Counted from the stretch's first letter, positions 10,601-23,651 are shown. The stretch: DNA of 64,000 bases from Selaginella moellendorffii (GCF_000143415.4 NW_003314264.1:1149520-1213519), one strand, 5' to 3'. A program made the numbers and translations. Notes: generated from the letters alone by a model not told the origin.

Positions 10601-13296
10601 TTAAATATCTTTGCCCATATATTCGACATTTAACACTAACATCCGTAAAATGCAAGATGAACATCTAAAGCTTGATTACGAAAACCATATCTTTGGATAT
10701 CCACATTATATTTAAGACTTTTCTTCAATCACCTTTAAGATCCAATATGAAGCCAAAACATTAACAAAAAAAAATAATGACATAGAAAATCAAGGTCCAA
10801 GGAAAATTTCTCATCACTCAAAATAACAAATGCCACTTCTACTAACAGAAGTGTTAGTGATGTCAATGCCCCAACTACACATTTTCTTCATCCAACAATT
10901 TACTCTAAGTGCTAACGGATCAACTAACAAGCCATAGCAAGTGAATATTATAACCCTTTTCAACACCTTATAGGCAAACCCTCAAGGAAACAAAGTACCA
11001 ACTTAAGCTTAGCATAATAAATCACTATTGAGAATCTAGTTAAAGCTACTACAATACTACTATGTGCAAGTAGACTAACTTCACTATCAATCACTTTGGG
11101 GTTAATCATCATTTAACCAAGCAACTTAGTAACCACATTACTCATTAACACATAAATATGATATAAAAATCATAATGACTTGATCATCAATTGAGCAACA
11201 CCACGAGCAATGCTCATATCACTACTTCAAAGGTTTATATGAGTATCAAGTGCTAACTCAATTCGACAAAATGCAACGTAAATGTTACACTCCATCGATC
11301 GAGATTTACAACACTCAATACCATTAACTCTTGTTCATAACACAGATAAGCTTATGCCACTCTCTTTCCAACCAAACTCAAAACTAATCCAACACTAAGC
11401 TACTTAAGGAGCAATAGCAAGGTTCCCCGAAAAAGAATTGAGCATTATAACCCAAGTCTTCCAATAGTGAGACTAGACAAAATGGTTTAGCGCTTCACCG
11501 CTATCCATCCCATAATTCACCACTTATAAAACTATCATTTCCAATATGCATCAAGGTAGGGACTTTTGATTGCATAATGTGAACACGAACAATAAGTCAT
11601 ATCTCGTTGCAAATCATTTCTTTAAGAAGAGAAAATGATTTACATGTTTGATCCTTCGTCCCCAATGACTCTCTTTTCAATCTCATCTTTTGGTTAAACC
11701 TCAAGCTTGCTTTTGCACTGCCTTCAATCCAATCCAAGAAAAGTTTATGAGAGAGCACGGCAATAACTACTTGAACTAATAGACTAATCCTTACAATCTT
11801 GATTGATTTACTTATAATTATGCCTAGGAAGGATCCACTAGTGCCATGCTAAACAACTACAGACGAGCTTATTTACCACTGATAGCAAACCTAGGGAAGG
11901 TTTACTTTCACCCATGGTACATGGAACAGCTTATGGAACTACTGGAAGTACTCATGGAACCACCGATAAGTTAACATTAATCTTGCTAACTCAAAGTGTA
12001 AGCTTGAGTTGCTAATGTGTCTCATTCACAAGCCCAAGCGCAAACTCGTGCAAACAAAACATCTCACATCCATCCTATGAGCCTAAGCACAAGCTTGTAT
12101 AATCTACTACAAAAGGTAACCAAAGTCCATACCCAAGGAACAAATGTGAAGTCTTAGCACCCAAATGTGTACTCACTCGGATCATCATTTTCATCTCTGC
12201 GTATGTAGCTTAATCTCATTGAATAGTGAGACATATTTTCTAATACCAAATATAGCGCACATGGTTTTTACCCTTTATCATATGGTAATTTACCATAGGA
12301 TAACCACAAAGTAGAACCTAAACCCTTTATATGCCACATGTCACCTGCCACATGTCATATGCCACGTGTCCAAAAGATAGTGGTGCAAAACCGGAGTTTT
12401 ATGGCCTTAGGCCACTAAACGAAGGAACAGTGCCAAACTCCTAAACATGAAGCCAAGGAGTGATGGCACTGGAGCACAAAACAACTTTCGAGCGTACAGC
12501 CCAAGGAGCGAAGGGACAAGAAGGTGGAGTGACTTGAAATAGTCCTAAAGTATCCAGCATCTCAATGCCAAGACCAACATGCAAAATGGAGCCAACGGAG
12601 TGTGGCATTATTTTAGCATACCAGTGGCCTAATGCGAGGATATAGGTACTCCACTAGCTAGGGCAAGCACGCAAGCGGGAGTTAGACTATGCCTTAAGTT
12701 TGCCCAACCTACCCCACTATCCTTAATATACATTTGGAATCCCCCACCCCCCTAAGGAACACACGTTTTGGGCTTTCACCCTTAGTACTAAGAGTTAGTC
12801 TTTGGGACAAGCTTGAAACTTATTAAATATGGAATGTTCTTAGATTGTGAATTTGGACACAAGACAAACCAGGATGATCTTTACATTCCGTAGATATGCC
12901 GAATAAGTGAATCTAGACACTTTTCATAAATAGCATTTGGGACCAAAATGAGACTAAACACTATCGCTATCATGCCTTTTGTGTTAGTAGACATAGTAAG
13001 CTATCATTTAGCAATATTGAAGGACCAAGCTCAATATTGTGGGGGTTCTTGATACTAGCAAGTGCAAGCTAATGACACAAGTTTCTCAAACTAGACCGAG
13101 TATGCTCAGCAAGAAACACATAGGATATTTATCCAATTTAAATGCATTATCATTGACCAGTTTCTCAACTAGCTCAAATGGGAATTGATAATGGGTTCAA
13201 TAGTACCAACCTTTTATCGTCGTGGCAACAAGAAAAGAATATCCGAAAGGACTAGCTGATTGGTAATTTTTGATACCTAAAGTCACATTCGCAACA
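7681..13296 (-). mobile_element. Family B non-autonomous (LARD-like) LTR element: 5' LTR 12251-13296 plus non-coding internal region
   Basis: LTR is the reverse complement of 47142-48278. PBS complement TCTAATACCA at 12239-12248. Internal region is colinear with ~39990-42193 and 55596-57339. Confidence 0.85.
7869..8010 (+). repeat. Truncated Cassandra LTR containing the 5S rRNA-like segment
   Basis: GGTTAAGTGTCCTTGGG...AGTACTGGGCTAGGTGACC; reverse complement of part of 61286-61480. Confidence 0.85.
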
Positions 13297-14205
13297 ATGC
13301 CATTCCATATTTCAATATAAGCATTCAAAAGCTTTTATTATGGTAAATGCTTTAGTACTTTATTGATATTTGAGCCAATTATATATACAAATCCATCATC
13401 CTCCACAGATAGCATTGTTGATTTACAACTTCAACAATTAATATCTACAAAACCATATATCTACATCTTTAAAATCTTTTATTACTAATTTTCTTGTTTT
13501 TTAAAGTAACCAGCAATCAATACCTTTGTTAGTGGTCAGACTTTCCCATAAAACATGCATTCTCTTCCATGTTAACACTAAATTATAATTGTCCTCAAGA
13601 GTTAATTCAAAATATCCATTTGGAGAAACTAGTGGATTCAACTTGAGTAAATAGGATCTTATCTCATATTTTTCACCACTCATAAGTGTAGACCTGTAAA
13701 TCCAACAATTATTAACAGCTGCATTTATAAAGGTTTTATTATTATTCATAGTGATACTCTTAAAGTTATATCTTCTAGCATTTAGTAGTTTGTATTTAAT
13801 ACCAACATAATCTGCTATAAGACCATAATTTCCCACTCGAGCTTCTTTTAAGATATCAAACAAAAGCTGATTAAGTTTTCCAATAATTTCTTCTCCTGAT
13901 GCCCCTGTCCCTGTTTGTCTCCATGCCATACTACACATCCCATTAGGATTTCTACTGTATATCCATATGGTAATTTCAATGACTTTATTTGGTAAAGAAA
14001 GAGTTTTAGTCCAAGGAAATGCATTATACTATTTATATGTTTCTTCTATTTTACTATCCATCATATCCACTAAAATTTTTCCAATTTCATTAATATCACT
14101 TCTAGTAATAAATCTATAAAGTGTAAGAGCGTCCCAATTTACATCTGCTTCAATAGTCAGATTTGCTAATCTGAGAGTCACTATTAGAAGAATAGCTAGC
14201 TTCAT
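13297..14205 (-). pseudogene. Secreted protein with C-terminal bulb-type (B/GNA) lectin-like domain; decayed and abutting a family B LTR
   Basis: Signal-like start MKLAILLIVTL; LVSPNGYFELTLEDNYNLVL...LWES; stops and frameshifts on both sides of ORF 13501-13938. Confidence 0.6.
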
Positions 14206-14351
14206 GGAAAATACACAGAAATGTGAAATGCCAAATTAAACAATTACCAGCTATTTTGTATCCATCAGAAATAATATTATAAATTTACTAAATTGAAAAT
14301 CACTAGTTATAGTGTATCGTGCCTAATAAAACAGTTTTCATAGGGGAAGCT

Positions 14352-15771
14352 TTAGTTTCTTCTTCCTTCGCTCTCGTTATAGCTGTCATTGGAGTGATCG
14401 GAGAAGGATGACGAGCTCTCGCCCGCACTCACGAATTCGACAAATGGCTCGCGATCAGTGACCTTGATCACCTCAGAGCTGATGCCCGACGAAGAATTGC
14501 AGCTCAGCATCGCATCTTCACTGGTGCTAGAAGAATAGCTTGCGTTGCAGTTGTTCCTGGCGACCGAAACGTTCCTTACGACCATGCTGTTCGTGTTCAT
14601 GGCTCGAGGCGGCGGCATGAGCACCCTTGCGGCTGACTCTCGTCTCTGGAGAAAACCAAAGACAACCAAAAGCAAAAGAGAATGTTGTGGATTTTTCACT
14701 GAAAAGATTACCTCCCTATGCTGTGGAGCAACATCTGTGTCTCTTGAGGTATCATCCCTGTCATCTCCTGGCCTAAAAGAATGAAACAAAGTGCTACTAT
14801 AAACTTGAAAGCATGGAAAAAATACCTCGGACTTCTGTCTGTCCACTCATCATCGGCATCGGCATCGTCACTGGAGCTTCCTTCGATAAATATATCATCC
14901 TCGCTCAAGTCCATGGGCTCCTCGTCTTCGCTCCCCGTCTCTAAGTTGTAAAAGAGAGTTAGAGGACCATTCAGAACTTTGCTTCTTTTCTTTTCTACCT
15001 TCGAGCTCAGTTCCCGCGGCCACGGCAGCACTTCGTCGGGATTTAATCTTCTCGCGGATTTCCAGCCTCCGGGATCTCGTGAGCTCGTCGTCGCTCCCGA
15101 TAAACAGTGATACATACCTTTCAGACTTTGGAAAAAACTGCACGACAGTGAACCTGGTTTTTCAGTGACGAGCCTCGATATGAGATAAAGACGAGAAAGA
15201 AGAGAAGACTTTGTCTTCGCTACATACCCGCACGTATTCAAGGTCTTCTTTCAGCCTTGCAAGTTGATCCGCGATGCCGGCTATTTGTCTTGAGGCATTT
15301 GCCTGATGTGGATGATGATCCAAGTTCCAGCGATGCTGCTTCTCCAGACGTCGAATTCTTCTCTCAAGCTTCCTACGTTCTAAGCATCCAAAGAGATCCA
15401 AACGAATAAAAAGAAAGTAAAGCGACTCCACTCACCAAAGAACTTTAGCTTTCTATCCCGCAGAGCCAATTTCCGATGCGCGTGGAGCTCCGCCTGCCGC
15501 CTGAGATCTTCCAGCCGCTTCTCATGCGCGGTCTTGATCTCGAGAGGGAGAGTCTGCAAATGCGATCCAGCACTTTCCATGAATTTCCCGAAGAATTCGA
15601 GCTTACCTTCTTGAGCAGGCGCTCGATGGAGCGAATCTGGTTGCGAATTGCCTTGCGATCCCCTTCCTTGCCGCGCACAGCCAGCCCGCGGGACGATCGC
15701 GCGGCATACCCGCCCCCCAGCGACGGAGATCTTCCGGCGACACGCCTCTTGGCGTAAGGACCATGCGCCAT
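14352..15771 (-). CDS. EFG1: rRNA-processing protein EFG1-like, ~7 exons (15771-15607, 15553-15436, 15379-15228, 15137-14999, 14940-14826, then two more ending at 14352)
   Basis: GT-AG splicing joins IRNQIRSIERLLKK / KLKFF-ERRKLERRIRRLEK / DLEYVR-FFPKSERYVSLF, followed by an acidic tail. Confidence 0.82.
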
Positions 15772-15884
15772 TCCTCTACCTAGGGTTGGCGCTCACCAGG
15801 AAGATGCGCCAACACTTGGCCGCCATACTCACTGTGAATAGAAAGGAGCGAAAATGTGGATAAGGTCATCCAACGGCCAAATCA

Positions 15885-15931
15885 AATGCCACGTGTACGC
15901 TGAACATTAAATTGAATGCCACGTGTACGCT
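15885..15931. promoter_or_regulatory. Duplicated G-box (AATGCCACGTGTACGCT x2) upstream of the EFG1-like gene
   Basis: Two direct copies 30 bp apart in the 165-bp intergenic gap. Confidence 0.55.
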
Positions 15932-15936
15932 AGGCA

Positions 15937-18492
15937 TTAGCAAGCTATAACATTGGAGAGCATCGAGTAGGCCGAGATCTTCCATGGTTCCAGTGCTATG
16001 GCGTGCTGGGCAGCTCGCACACCGTGTTCTAGCGATCCCTGGGCTCTACACGCGCTCAACAGGCACCCCCAAGCCACTGTCGAGCTCACCGTTTTGTCCA
16101 CCACTCTGGTAACCTCTTCCGCGTCGCCCAATTCCCCCAGCCGCGCGAGGAGATCGACCACGCAACAGTAGTGCTCTCGCGAAGGATTCACGCCAAAGTC
16201 GCTCCAGATCCCCACGAAGAACTGGTAGCAGTCTTGCGCCTGGCCCAAGTGGCTCAGTGCCGCGAGAGCCCCGGTCACTGAGACCTCGTCGGGATTGACG
16301 CCGTCGAGCAGCATCTCGCGAAACATTGCGAGGGCTTCGCTCGGACGCGAGCTGGCAAATGCCGTGACGATAGTGTTCCAGGTGATCACGTCCTTCTCGG
16401 GAGTGGCGTCTAGGATCTCTTTCACTTTTTGGTCGTGGCCAGTGACTAGGTATACAGACATTATCGAATTCCACGATACCAAGTTCCACGAAGACATTCG
16501 CGTGTAGGTGGATACCGCAAGCTCAAGATCCCCGCTTTGGGCATTTGTTGCAACAAACGTGTTCCAAGACACCACATCCCTTTCCGGCATTTCATCAAAG
16601 ACTTTCTTCGCGGAAGCATAGAGATTTTTTCGGGAAAGCACCGCCAGCATAACGTTGCAAGCCACAATGCTGAAGTGCGGCATCTTTTCAAAGACGTTAC
16701 AGCTTCCGCCGGCATCTGCAGCCACTATTGCGTTCCAGGAAACAAAATCTCTCTCGGGCGCCTCGTCAAAGACGGACTTGGCTTGTTTCAGCTGGTTGCT
16801 CTTGCAGAACGCACTTATCATCGAGTTGAAAGAGACGAGGTCCCGGCACGGCATCTTTGCAAAGACTTCTTGAGAAGCAGCAGCCAAATCTTCCTGCTGA
16901 ACAAATGTCGCCATCAGCGTGTTCCACGACATCACTTCTCTCACGGGCATATCATCGAAAACCAGTTTTGCCTGGAGGATTTCACCGGCGTTGGAAAGCA
17001 CGGCCATCATGTTGTTCCACGAAGATATGCTCCGGCAAGGGATTTTGGCAAACAGATCGTCAGCTTCAGCAATGTGTCCACTGTGACCACACGCAGAAAT
17101 CATCGCGTTCCAGCAGATTACGTCCCGCTGGCTCATGTTTCTAAAGAGATTGCTGGCCTCTCCAAACTTTTCGTTGCTGACGAGAATGGTGAAGAGCTCA
17201 GTCCACAATATTGGGGTGAGAACATCGCCAGGAATCCTGTCGATAAGCTCCAACACCTCCGATGCAAGACTAGAATCGATGCAAGCTTGAACGACAACCA
17301 TCCAAGAAACAACGTTGTGAGTCGGCATCTTGTTGAAGGCATGGATCGCTTTCAAAGAATGACCAACTTGAGCATAGGCAGTCACCATTATGTTCCATGA
17401 TACAATGGTTTTTGCAACCATTGTATCAAACATGACTCTGGCATCGTCAACATACCCAAGTTGGGCATACCCCTGGATTAAAGAGTTCCAGGAAACCGAA
17501 TCTTTACACGGCATCTCGTCAAAGATAAGCCACGCTTGCCAAAGATTCCCGGCCTCGGCATTTGCCGCGATTACGAGGTTGTACGATACTGTGTTTCGTA
17601 CGGGCATCCGATTGAATATCTGGAAAGCTTCTTGATAATCCCCGGTCTGGGCATGTACCGATATGAGGGTGTTCCACGAGAAAACATCACGCGCAGGATT
17701 CTCGTCGAAGAGAGATTTGCACAATTCAGCACTTGACAATCCAGTATTCATTAAAGCATTCCAAGATTCAGTGCTGTGAATCGGCATTTGATCGAACAGG
17801 TATTTGGCTTCATCGATTTGCCCCGCTTGAGCATTCGCCGAAACCATCGCGGTTGATACAACTACGTCGTGAGCAGGCATCTTTTCAAGCATCGAAGACG
17901 CCCATTCAAGATTCCCGTTGACCAGGTAGGCGCAGATCAGCGTCGTCCAGGAAACCTCATCGCGAATGCGCATTTGGTCAAACAAATTCCTTGCGTTATG
18001 CAAATGCCGGTTTTGGGCAAATGTCTGCAGCATCACATTCCACGTGACGGCGTTCCATGACGACATCCGACCATAGATATCTTGCGCTTGGTGGACGTTT
18101 TTCTGGTGTCCATAGCCAGTGATCATCACATTGTAAGTAACAAGGGTTTTAATCGGAGCCTTGTCAAAGTACTCCTTCGCGCTATATAGCTGCCCATTTT
18201 GGGCAAATGCTGAGACAATTATTGTCCAGGAGAATTCATTGGGCTCCGGGATGGATTCAAACACCAAGCGTGCGTCGTTGAGGCTCCCACACTTGCCATA
18301 CATTCGTACGAGAAGATTGAGGAGGAAAGTGTTGTGGGAGTGTGGAGTCTGGGTGATGAGATTGTGGATGCGCTTGAGCTCCCCAAGATCTTTGGAGTTC
18401 CCGCAGAGATTCACAGCGTGCGCGAGCGTGTCTTGGGCGCTGGCTCTCAGTGCTTGTGCTTGCTTGGCAGCAACTTTATGCATGCCAACCAA
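15937..18492 (-). CDS. PLS-class pentatricopeptide repeat protein, E-type C-terminus, no DYW domain
   Basis: Intronless 851 aa; many ~31-aa repeats (FD.MP.RDVVSWN); ends EHYCCVVDLLARLG...WGCLLSAC...YSMLSNV. Confidence 0.95.
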   Translation of the reverse strand: MVGMHKVAAKQAQALRASAQDTLAHAVNLCGNSKDLGELKRIHNLITQTPHSHNTFLLNLLVRMYGKCGSLNDARLVFESIPEPNEFSWTIIVSAFAQNGQLYSAKEYFDKAPIKTLVTYNVMITGYGHQKNVHQAQDIYGRMSSWNAVTWNVMLQTFAQNRHLHNARNLFDQMRIRDEVSWTTLICAYLVNGNLEWASSMLEKMPAHDVVVSTAMVSANAQAGQIDEAKYLFDQMPIHSTESWNALMNTGLSSAELCKSLFDENPARDVFSWNTLISVHAQTGDYQEAFQIFNRMPVRNTVSYNLVIAANAEAGNLWQAWLIFDEMPCKDSVSWNSLIQGYAQLGYVDDARVMFDTMVAKTIVSWNIMVTAYAQVGHSLKAIHAFNKMPTHNVVSWMVVVQACIDSSLASEVLELIDRIPGDVLTPILWTELFTILVSNEKFGEASNLFRNMSQRDVICWNAMISACGHSGHIAEADDLFAKIPCRSISSWNNMMAVLSNAGEILQAKLVFDDMPVREVMSWNTLMATFVQQEDLAAASQEVFAKMPCRDLVSFNSMISAFCKSNQLKQAKSVFDEAPERDFVSWNAIVAADAGGSCNVFEKMPHFSIVACNVMLAVLSRKNLYASAKKVFDEMPERDVVSWNTFVATNAQSGDLELAVSTYTRMSSWNLVSWNSIMSVYLVTGHDQKVKEILDATPEKDVITWNTIVTAFASSRPSEALAMFREMLLDGVNPDEVSVTGALAALSHLGQAQDCYQFFVGIWSDFGVNPSREHYCCVVDLLARLGELGDAEEVTRVVDKTVSSTVAWGCLLSACRAQGSLEHGVRAAQHAIALEPWKISAYSMLSNVIAC

Positions 18493-21400
18493 ACATAATT
18501 TTTTCGATGACAGAATATACTTCGAGATTATAGCATATTCTATTATTTAAATTAATGTTTGGATTTTAAAACATCAAATTTTGTCTAATAAACATTAATT
18601 TCTTTTCACTACTATAAAAATTCATTATTTTTATAAATTAAATATCATTGATCCACAATTTCTAGACCCTGTGGAACTTTTTGAAGTTTTTGTACATTGC
18701 ACAATTGATTTTACCTATATGGTGGTCTAGATTGGTCCAAAATTGCATATTATTACTATCAGACTTATATCAATCAATTATAGTTTGGATGTCAATGCGT
18801 GTTTGATTTCAAGTGAAGGTGAAAAAAAACTCAAAAAAGTATGAAGAGGCAACAAGTATATAACAAATATGATGTCACAAGTGATATAATTTCAGTAAAA
18901 AGGTAGCTATTATGTAATATCTAAAGAAAACAACTATACAAATATCTTCTCTAATTATTACTAGAGAGATAATTTGGAAACTTGGAAAATTAATATCAAT
19001 AAATCATATGCTTGTATTTTAAAAGAATTTATGTCAATTCCCTGTAAAGCATATATCCATATCCAAATTAACACCAAATTACAATTTTCCTTGTGAGTTA
19101 ATTCATCTCTTAGAGAAACTAGAAGGTTAGATTTAGTAAATATCCTATTTTTCACCACTCAATAATAGTAGATATTTATATCTAATAATTAGTAATAGTT
19201 GGATTTGTATAAATTTTATTTTTGATATTTGACCCTAAACAATAATTTGCTAAAATTTTATTAAAAGCTCAATAAGGATTAGTCATTTGTCCCCATTAGG
19301 CTTTTTACTGTAGATCCATATGTTAATCTCAAAACATTTATTTTGATAGACTAAGATTATCAATGCTAGGGCCAATCCATAAATTTTAAAAATACTTAAT
19401 AAAATTTTGCCATGTTAAGAAGCTGTAAAATCTACATGTACAAATTTTAATGTACAGTTTAGCATGGGCCCAAGTACAAGAATGCTTTGCAAACCACTTA
19501 TGAGTGACTCTGTGGTGGGTAATGGCATTGCTAAAACCTGGCCAGAGGTTCTTTAGTCCTGGCCACAGTCACATACCTCTAGAACTGTGGGCTTAAGGTG
19601 TTGAAGGTATTCTTGCTTGTCAGGTTTGGGTGGACCTCTTGGCTTGTGGTGCATGACATGACATGTACAAACTCAGCTAGTGGATTTTCCATAAACAATT
19701 AGGAGAAGATTCTAGGTTAACAGGAATATTTTCATCCTAAATACCCAGCCACAATTAGGGTTCCCACTCTTTACCTCTTTGTCGTGTTCTAGCAAGAGAG
19801 ATGTGAGCTAGAGAGGCATATGGTGTTGAGGGCTGGCCACCCTCAACAAATGGCGACCACAGCAGGATCCAGATGAGAGCATCACAATCCTTCTCTTTCT
19901 CTCATTTCTCATATAGATGTATAGTTTCTAGTGTCTTCTTGCACTCCTTGCAGGCAGGTGCCATGGAGTAGAGATTTCTTTCTTTCTAGTCATTCTTGGA
20001 GAGTTTGAGAGATTTACAATGACATTCTCATGTTCTAGAGTGCCAATTCTCTTGTTATTTTCTTTGTGTGATAGATCTGGGTCTCTTCTCCCCTCACATG
20101 CTTGGATCGCTTAGAGATGTCACTGTTTTCATTGCATGAAAGTATATTTTAAAGCTCAGTGTGCTCTCAAATCTTCATCATTTGGCATGCCATTTGGTCT
20201 TGAGTGAGATCTCTTCGTTCTCTGTTGTTGAGGTAGGATTCAGAGCATTTCCTAACCATATTTTATCATTGTGTTCTTTGTTGTTGAGGTAAGCCATGTA
20301 TATGTTTACAGCTTGACTATGCGCTAGAAAGCATCACATGATTGGGGAGAAAATCGGAGCAGGCCGAGGTATTCTAGTGTCTAGGCTGTGATGGCAGAGG
20401 CCAGGAGGTGGGCATTTGCCCATTCCTCTTCAAGGGCAAGGATTTTGCCCTATAAAAGAGATCAATTGACCCATATGGATGGATCTGATCAAGAGCTGAA
20501 AAGGATTAATAATGGAATTGAGGCCCAAAAGATGATCAGAGGAAGCTCAAAAACCAGTGAGCTATAGGATGCATTTGCTCCTTTTTGGCTATGGGGTCTT
20601 GGTCAAGGCTGAGATGAGCAATGCCATAAAGCTTTGGAAGTGGCTCGATGATGAATATAACAAACACTCAGACATAGAGGTGATGAGGATTCATTCTCAG
20701 ATTGCATATGTTTGAGGATGGTGGGGATATGCAGGTGCACACACAAACATTTAGCAAACTCTTTTTAGATCTTGCTGCCCAAGGAAAGGAACATGAGGTT
20801 CCGGATTCAATGCAAAAGATCCTACTCTACAAGTCATTGCTAAGAGAGTAGGATGGCTGTGTGGAGATGACGAGAGAAGGGAACTATGTTTGCTGGAGCT
20901 GTGGCAAAGTTCATCAATACTGCATTGCTGTGAGCAAAGAAAGCTCAAACCTACAAAGTCCACCATGCTATGTATGCTAAACAAGAGCTAGTTGGGGCTC
21001 CCAGCTGAAGAAAATAGATGGCAAGGACGCTGAGAATGGGAGCTCAATGCAATGTCTGGAACCAAGCTGGTTGAGGAAGCCAAGGAGATGGAGGCAGCAT
21101 TTGCAATTGGTTTCATAAGGGAGATGGTTGAGATAGCACAAGGTGCACCCATTGTGCCAATACAAGATGTGTTGGGAGATTGGACACTGAGCCCAAGATT
21201 GTCCTACCAATGTTGTTGCAAACCTGAGAAAGCCACAAGAGTGATGAAGAGAATCATAATGCAGAGGTTGAGCAGAATGGACAAGCATGGGTGTTAGATT
21301 CATGATGTACTAACCTCATGAGTGAATGAATGGATGTTTAAGATGTATACACTAGCATAAAGGTCCAAAGGAGTTGTCCTAGGCAATTACACTCGCCTTG

Positions 21401-21979
21401 GGATCCAAGAGAGTGGAAATCTCCACTTCATGCTTGAGGATGGAAATGAGATAGTTTTTTTGTAGAGATCCAAACAGATCCCATGAGCTGTACTAGATTG
21501 AATCATGAGAAATACAAGGAAAGAGAGAAGAAAGAAGAAGAGAAAAAATTGTGATAAAAACCCTAGCTTTTGCATACACTTCCACCTTGCCATACATACT
21601 CACTTCATTGTATATGCCAATTTCAAACTTTACCTCTGCTTTATCTCTATAGATCACCTTCTAACATTACATCCCCTACTCTGAATCCAGTAACCTGAGT
21701 TCAAACCTTGGCGAAACCTTGTGATTTATAACACGTAAGTTCAGCTAGTCCCTCAACTTCTATTGGTAAAAATTAGAGTCCACTAGAAGGTCTCACATAG
21801 GAACTCAAGTTGATCCTTAGTGATCCATGTATCTGTGGTAGAGTCAATTCCAACCTAACAAACTTCTTGTTGATGCAAGTTGTGATAAGCCACCTTAATC
21901 ACATGATATAGCTAAAGTAGAGTTTGATCCTCACAAACTTGTTGAGGAAGAGGAACATTGAATGAAGTAGTAGCTGCTA

Positions 21980-22200
21980 GAGGCCCCACATGGAGTTTCA
22001 GTTCCAAAATATGGAAGACATCATGAACTCAGGATGAACTGCAACTTGTAGGCCACCTCATTCACACACTCCATAATCTCAAAATGCCCAAAGAACTTTG
22101 GATGGAGCTTGGAATGAGCAGTAGCACAATAATCTAGGGTGTGTTTTTCCAAGCGGAACTTAACATGTAAACCCAATCCTCAACCTAGAATTCTTGAAAA
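21980..22200 (-). pseudogene. Decayed gypsy integrase C-terminal fragment
   Basis: Reads VEDWVY...KLHPKFFGHFEIMECVNEVAYKL...VHDVFH across frameshifts. Confidence 0.65.
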
Positions 22201-22208
22201 GAACGAGA

Positions 22209-22496
22209 ATGCTTTATTTCGTTAAAGTGGGACTTTTCATTATCCCACTTATGGTGTGTGGCCACATGCCATTTTTATAACAACAATAAAAAATTAAAGT
22301 TTTAACTTTATAATTTATAAATTAAAAACTTTTCATATGATTTTGTGTTATAATATTGTGAAATATAAAAAAATAAATTAAAAAACTGATAGAAATATTA
22401 ATAAATATTAATTAAGTACTAGGAAATGGCATGTGGACACATGCTAATTAATGTCCCACTTTACTAAATAAGTCCCACTTTAACGAAATAAAGCAT
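22209..22496. mobile_element. MITE related to the TIR at 38136-38175
   Basis: GCTTTATTTCGTTAAAGTGGGAC...GTCCCACTTTAACGAAATAAAGC with AT-rich core. TSD is either GAGA (ends 22209/22496) or AT (ends 22211/22494). Confidence 0.9.
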
Positions 22497-22505
22497 GAGA
22501 TTTGT

Positions 22506-23143
22506 TGTCATAAATGTGACTTTGGGTATCAAAAGTTACTTATTGGCTATCCTTTTGGATATTCTTTCCTTATTACCACGATGGCATGAGGTTGGTATTA
22601 CTAAATCCTTTATTAGTCTCCATCTAAGTTAGTTGAGAAATTGGTCTTCGCATGTACACTTGACTAAATGGGTATAAGGACGGAATTCCTAAATGCTATT
22701 AGTCAAGCATACTTGACTTGGTTAAAGAAACTCATTCGTTAACTTGCACTTCCTAGTGTTGGGAACCCCTGCAATATTGAGCTCTTAATATTTGCAAAAT
22801 GATAATTTACTGTATTTACCAAACACTCGCTATCATGCCTTTTGTGTTAGTCTCATTCCGGTCCTAAATGCTATTTATGGAAGGTGTCTAGATTTGTTCA
22901 TTTGGCATATTTACAGAATGTAGAGATTGTCTTGAACACAATGATGTTCGTCCCGTACCCAAATTCACAATCTAAGGATATTCCATATTTAATAAGTTTT
23001 AAATTTGTCCCAAAGACTAACTCTTGGTACTAAAGGAGGCTTGGGGTGAAAACCTAAAGCGTGTGTTTCTCAAGGGAGGATATGAATGGCTTCAAATGTA
23101 TAGTAGGGATAGTGGGTAGGTCGGGCATGGCCGACTAACCTGA
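22506..23143 (+). repeat. Family B LTR, 5' part, interrupted by family C
   Basis: Colinear with 47142-47800. Confidence 0.85.
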
Positions 23144-23619
23144 TGTGAGACACAAAATCCCTAGGCCCCAAAGTGGAGCCGGAAGGGCGCCACATGGTAG
23201 TGGCCGAAGCGAGAGCCAAACGAGCGTAACACGTTTGGACCAAAAGCTCCGACTTGAAAAGTCAAGAGCGGGAGTGGAACTCCCAACAAAGTGCTCGAGG
23301 AACGAGCACGAGGCGAGCAAAAGGCGAGGCTCCAAAAAGGGACCCAAAAGGACCAACACATGACACGTGGGAGTGTCCGAGATGGAGTTCGAAGTGGAGT
23401 CCGAGGTGGACCCGAGTTGGAGTCCGAAGTGGAGTCGGAGATGGACCCGAGATGGACCCAAAATGGAGTCCGAGATGGAGTCCGAGATGGACCCGAGATG
23501 GACCCGAAATGGAGTCCGAGATGGAGTCCGAGATGGACCCGAAATGGAGTCCGAGATGGAGTCCGAGATGGACCCGAGATGGAGTCCAAGATGGAGTCCG
23601 AAGTCGAGACCGAGACCGG

Positions 23620-23651
<32 letters not shown>

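Noticed and set aside
16046-18550. Overlapping ORFs within the PPR gene
   Set aside because: Alternate-frame or antisense shadows with no recognisable motifs.
18550-19450. Possible decayed gene in AT-rich DNA
   Set aside because: No recognisable motif or sustained frame in the part translated.
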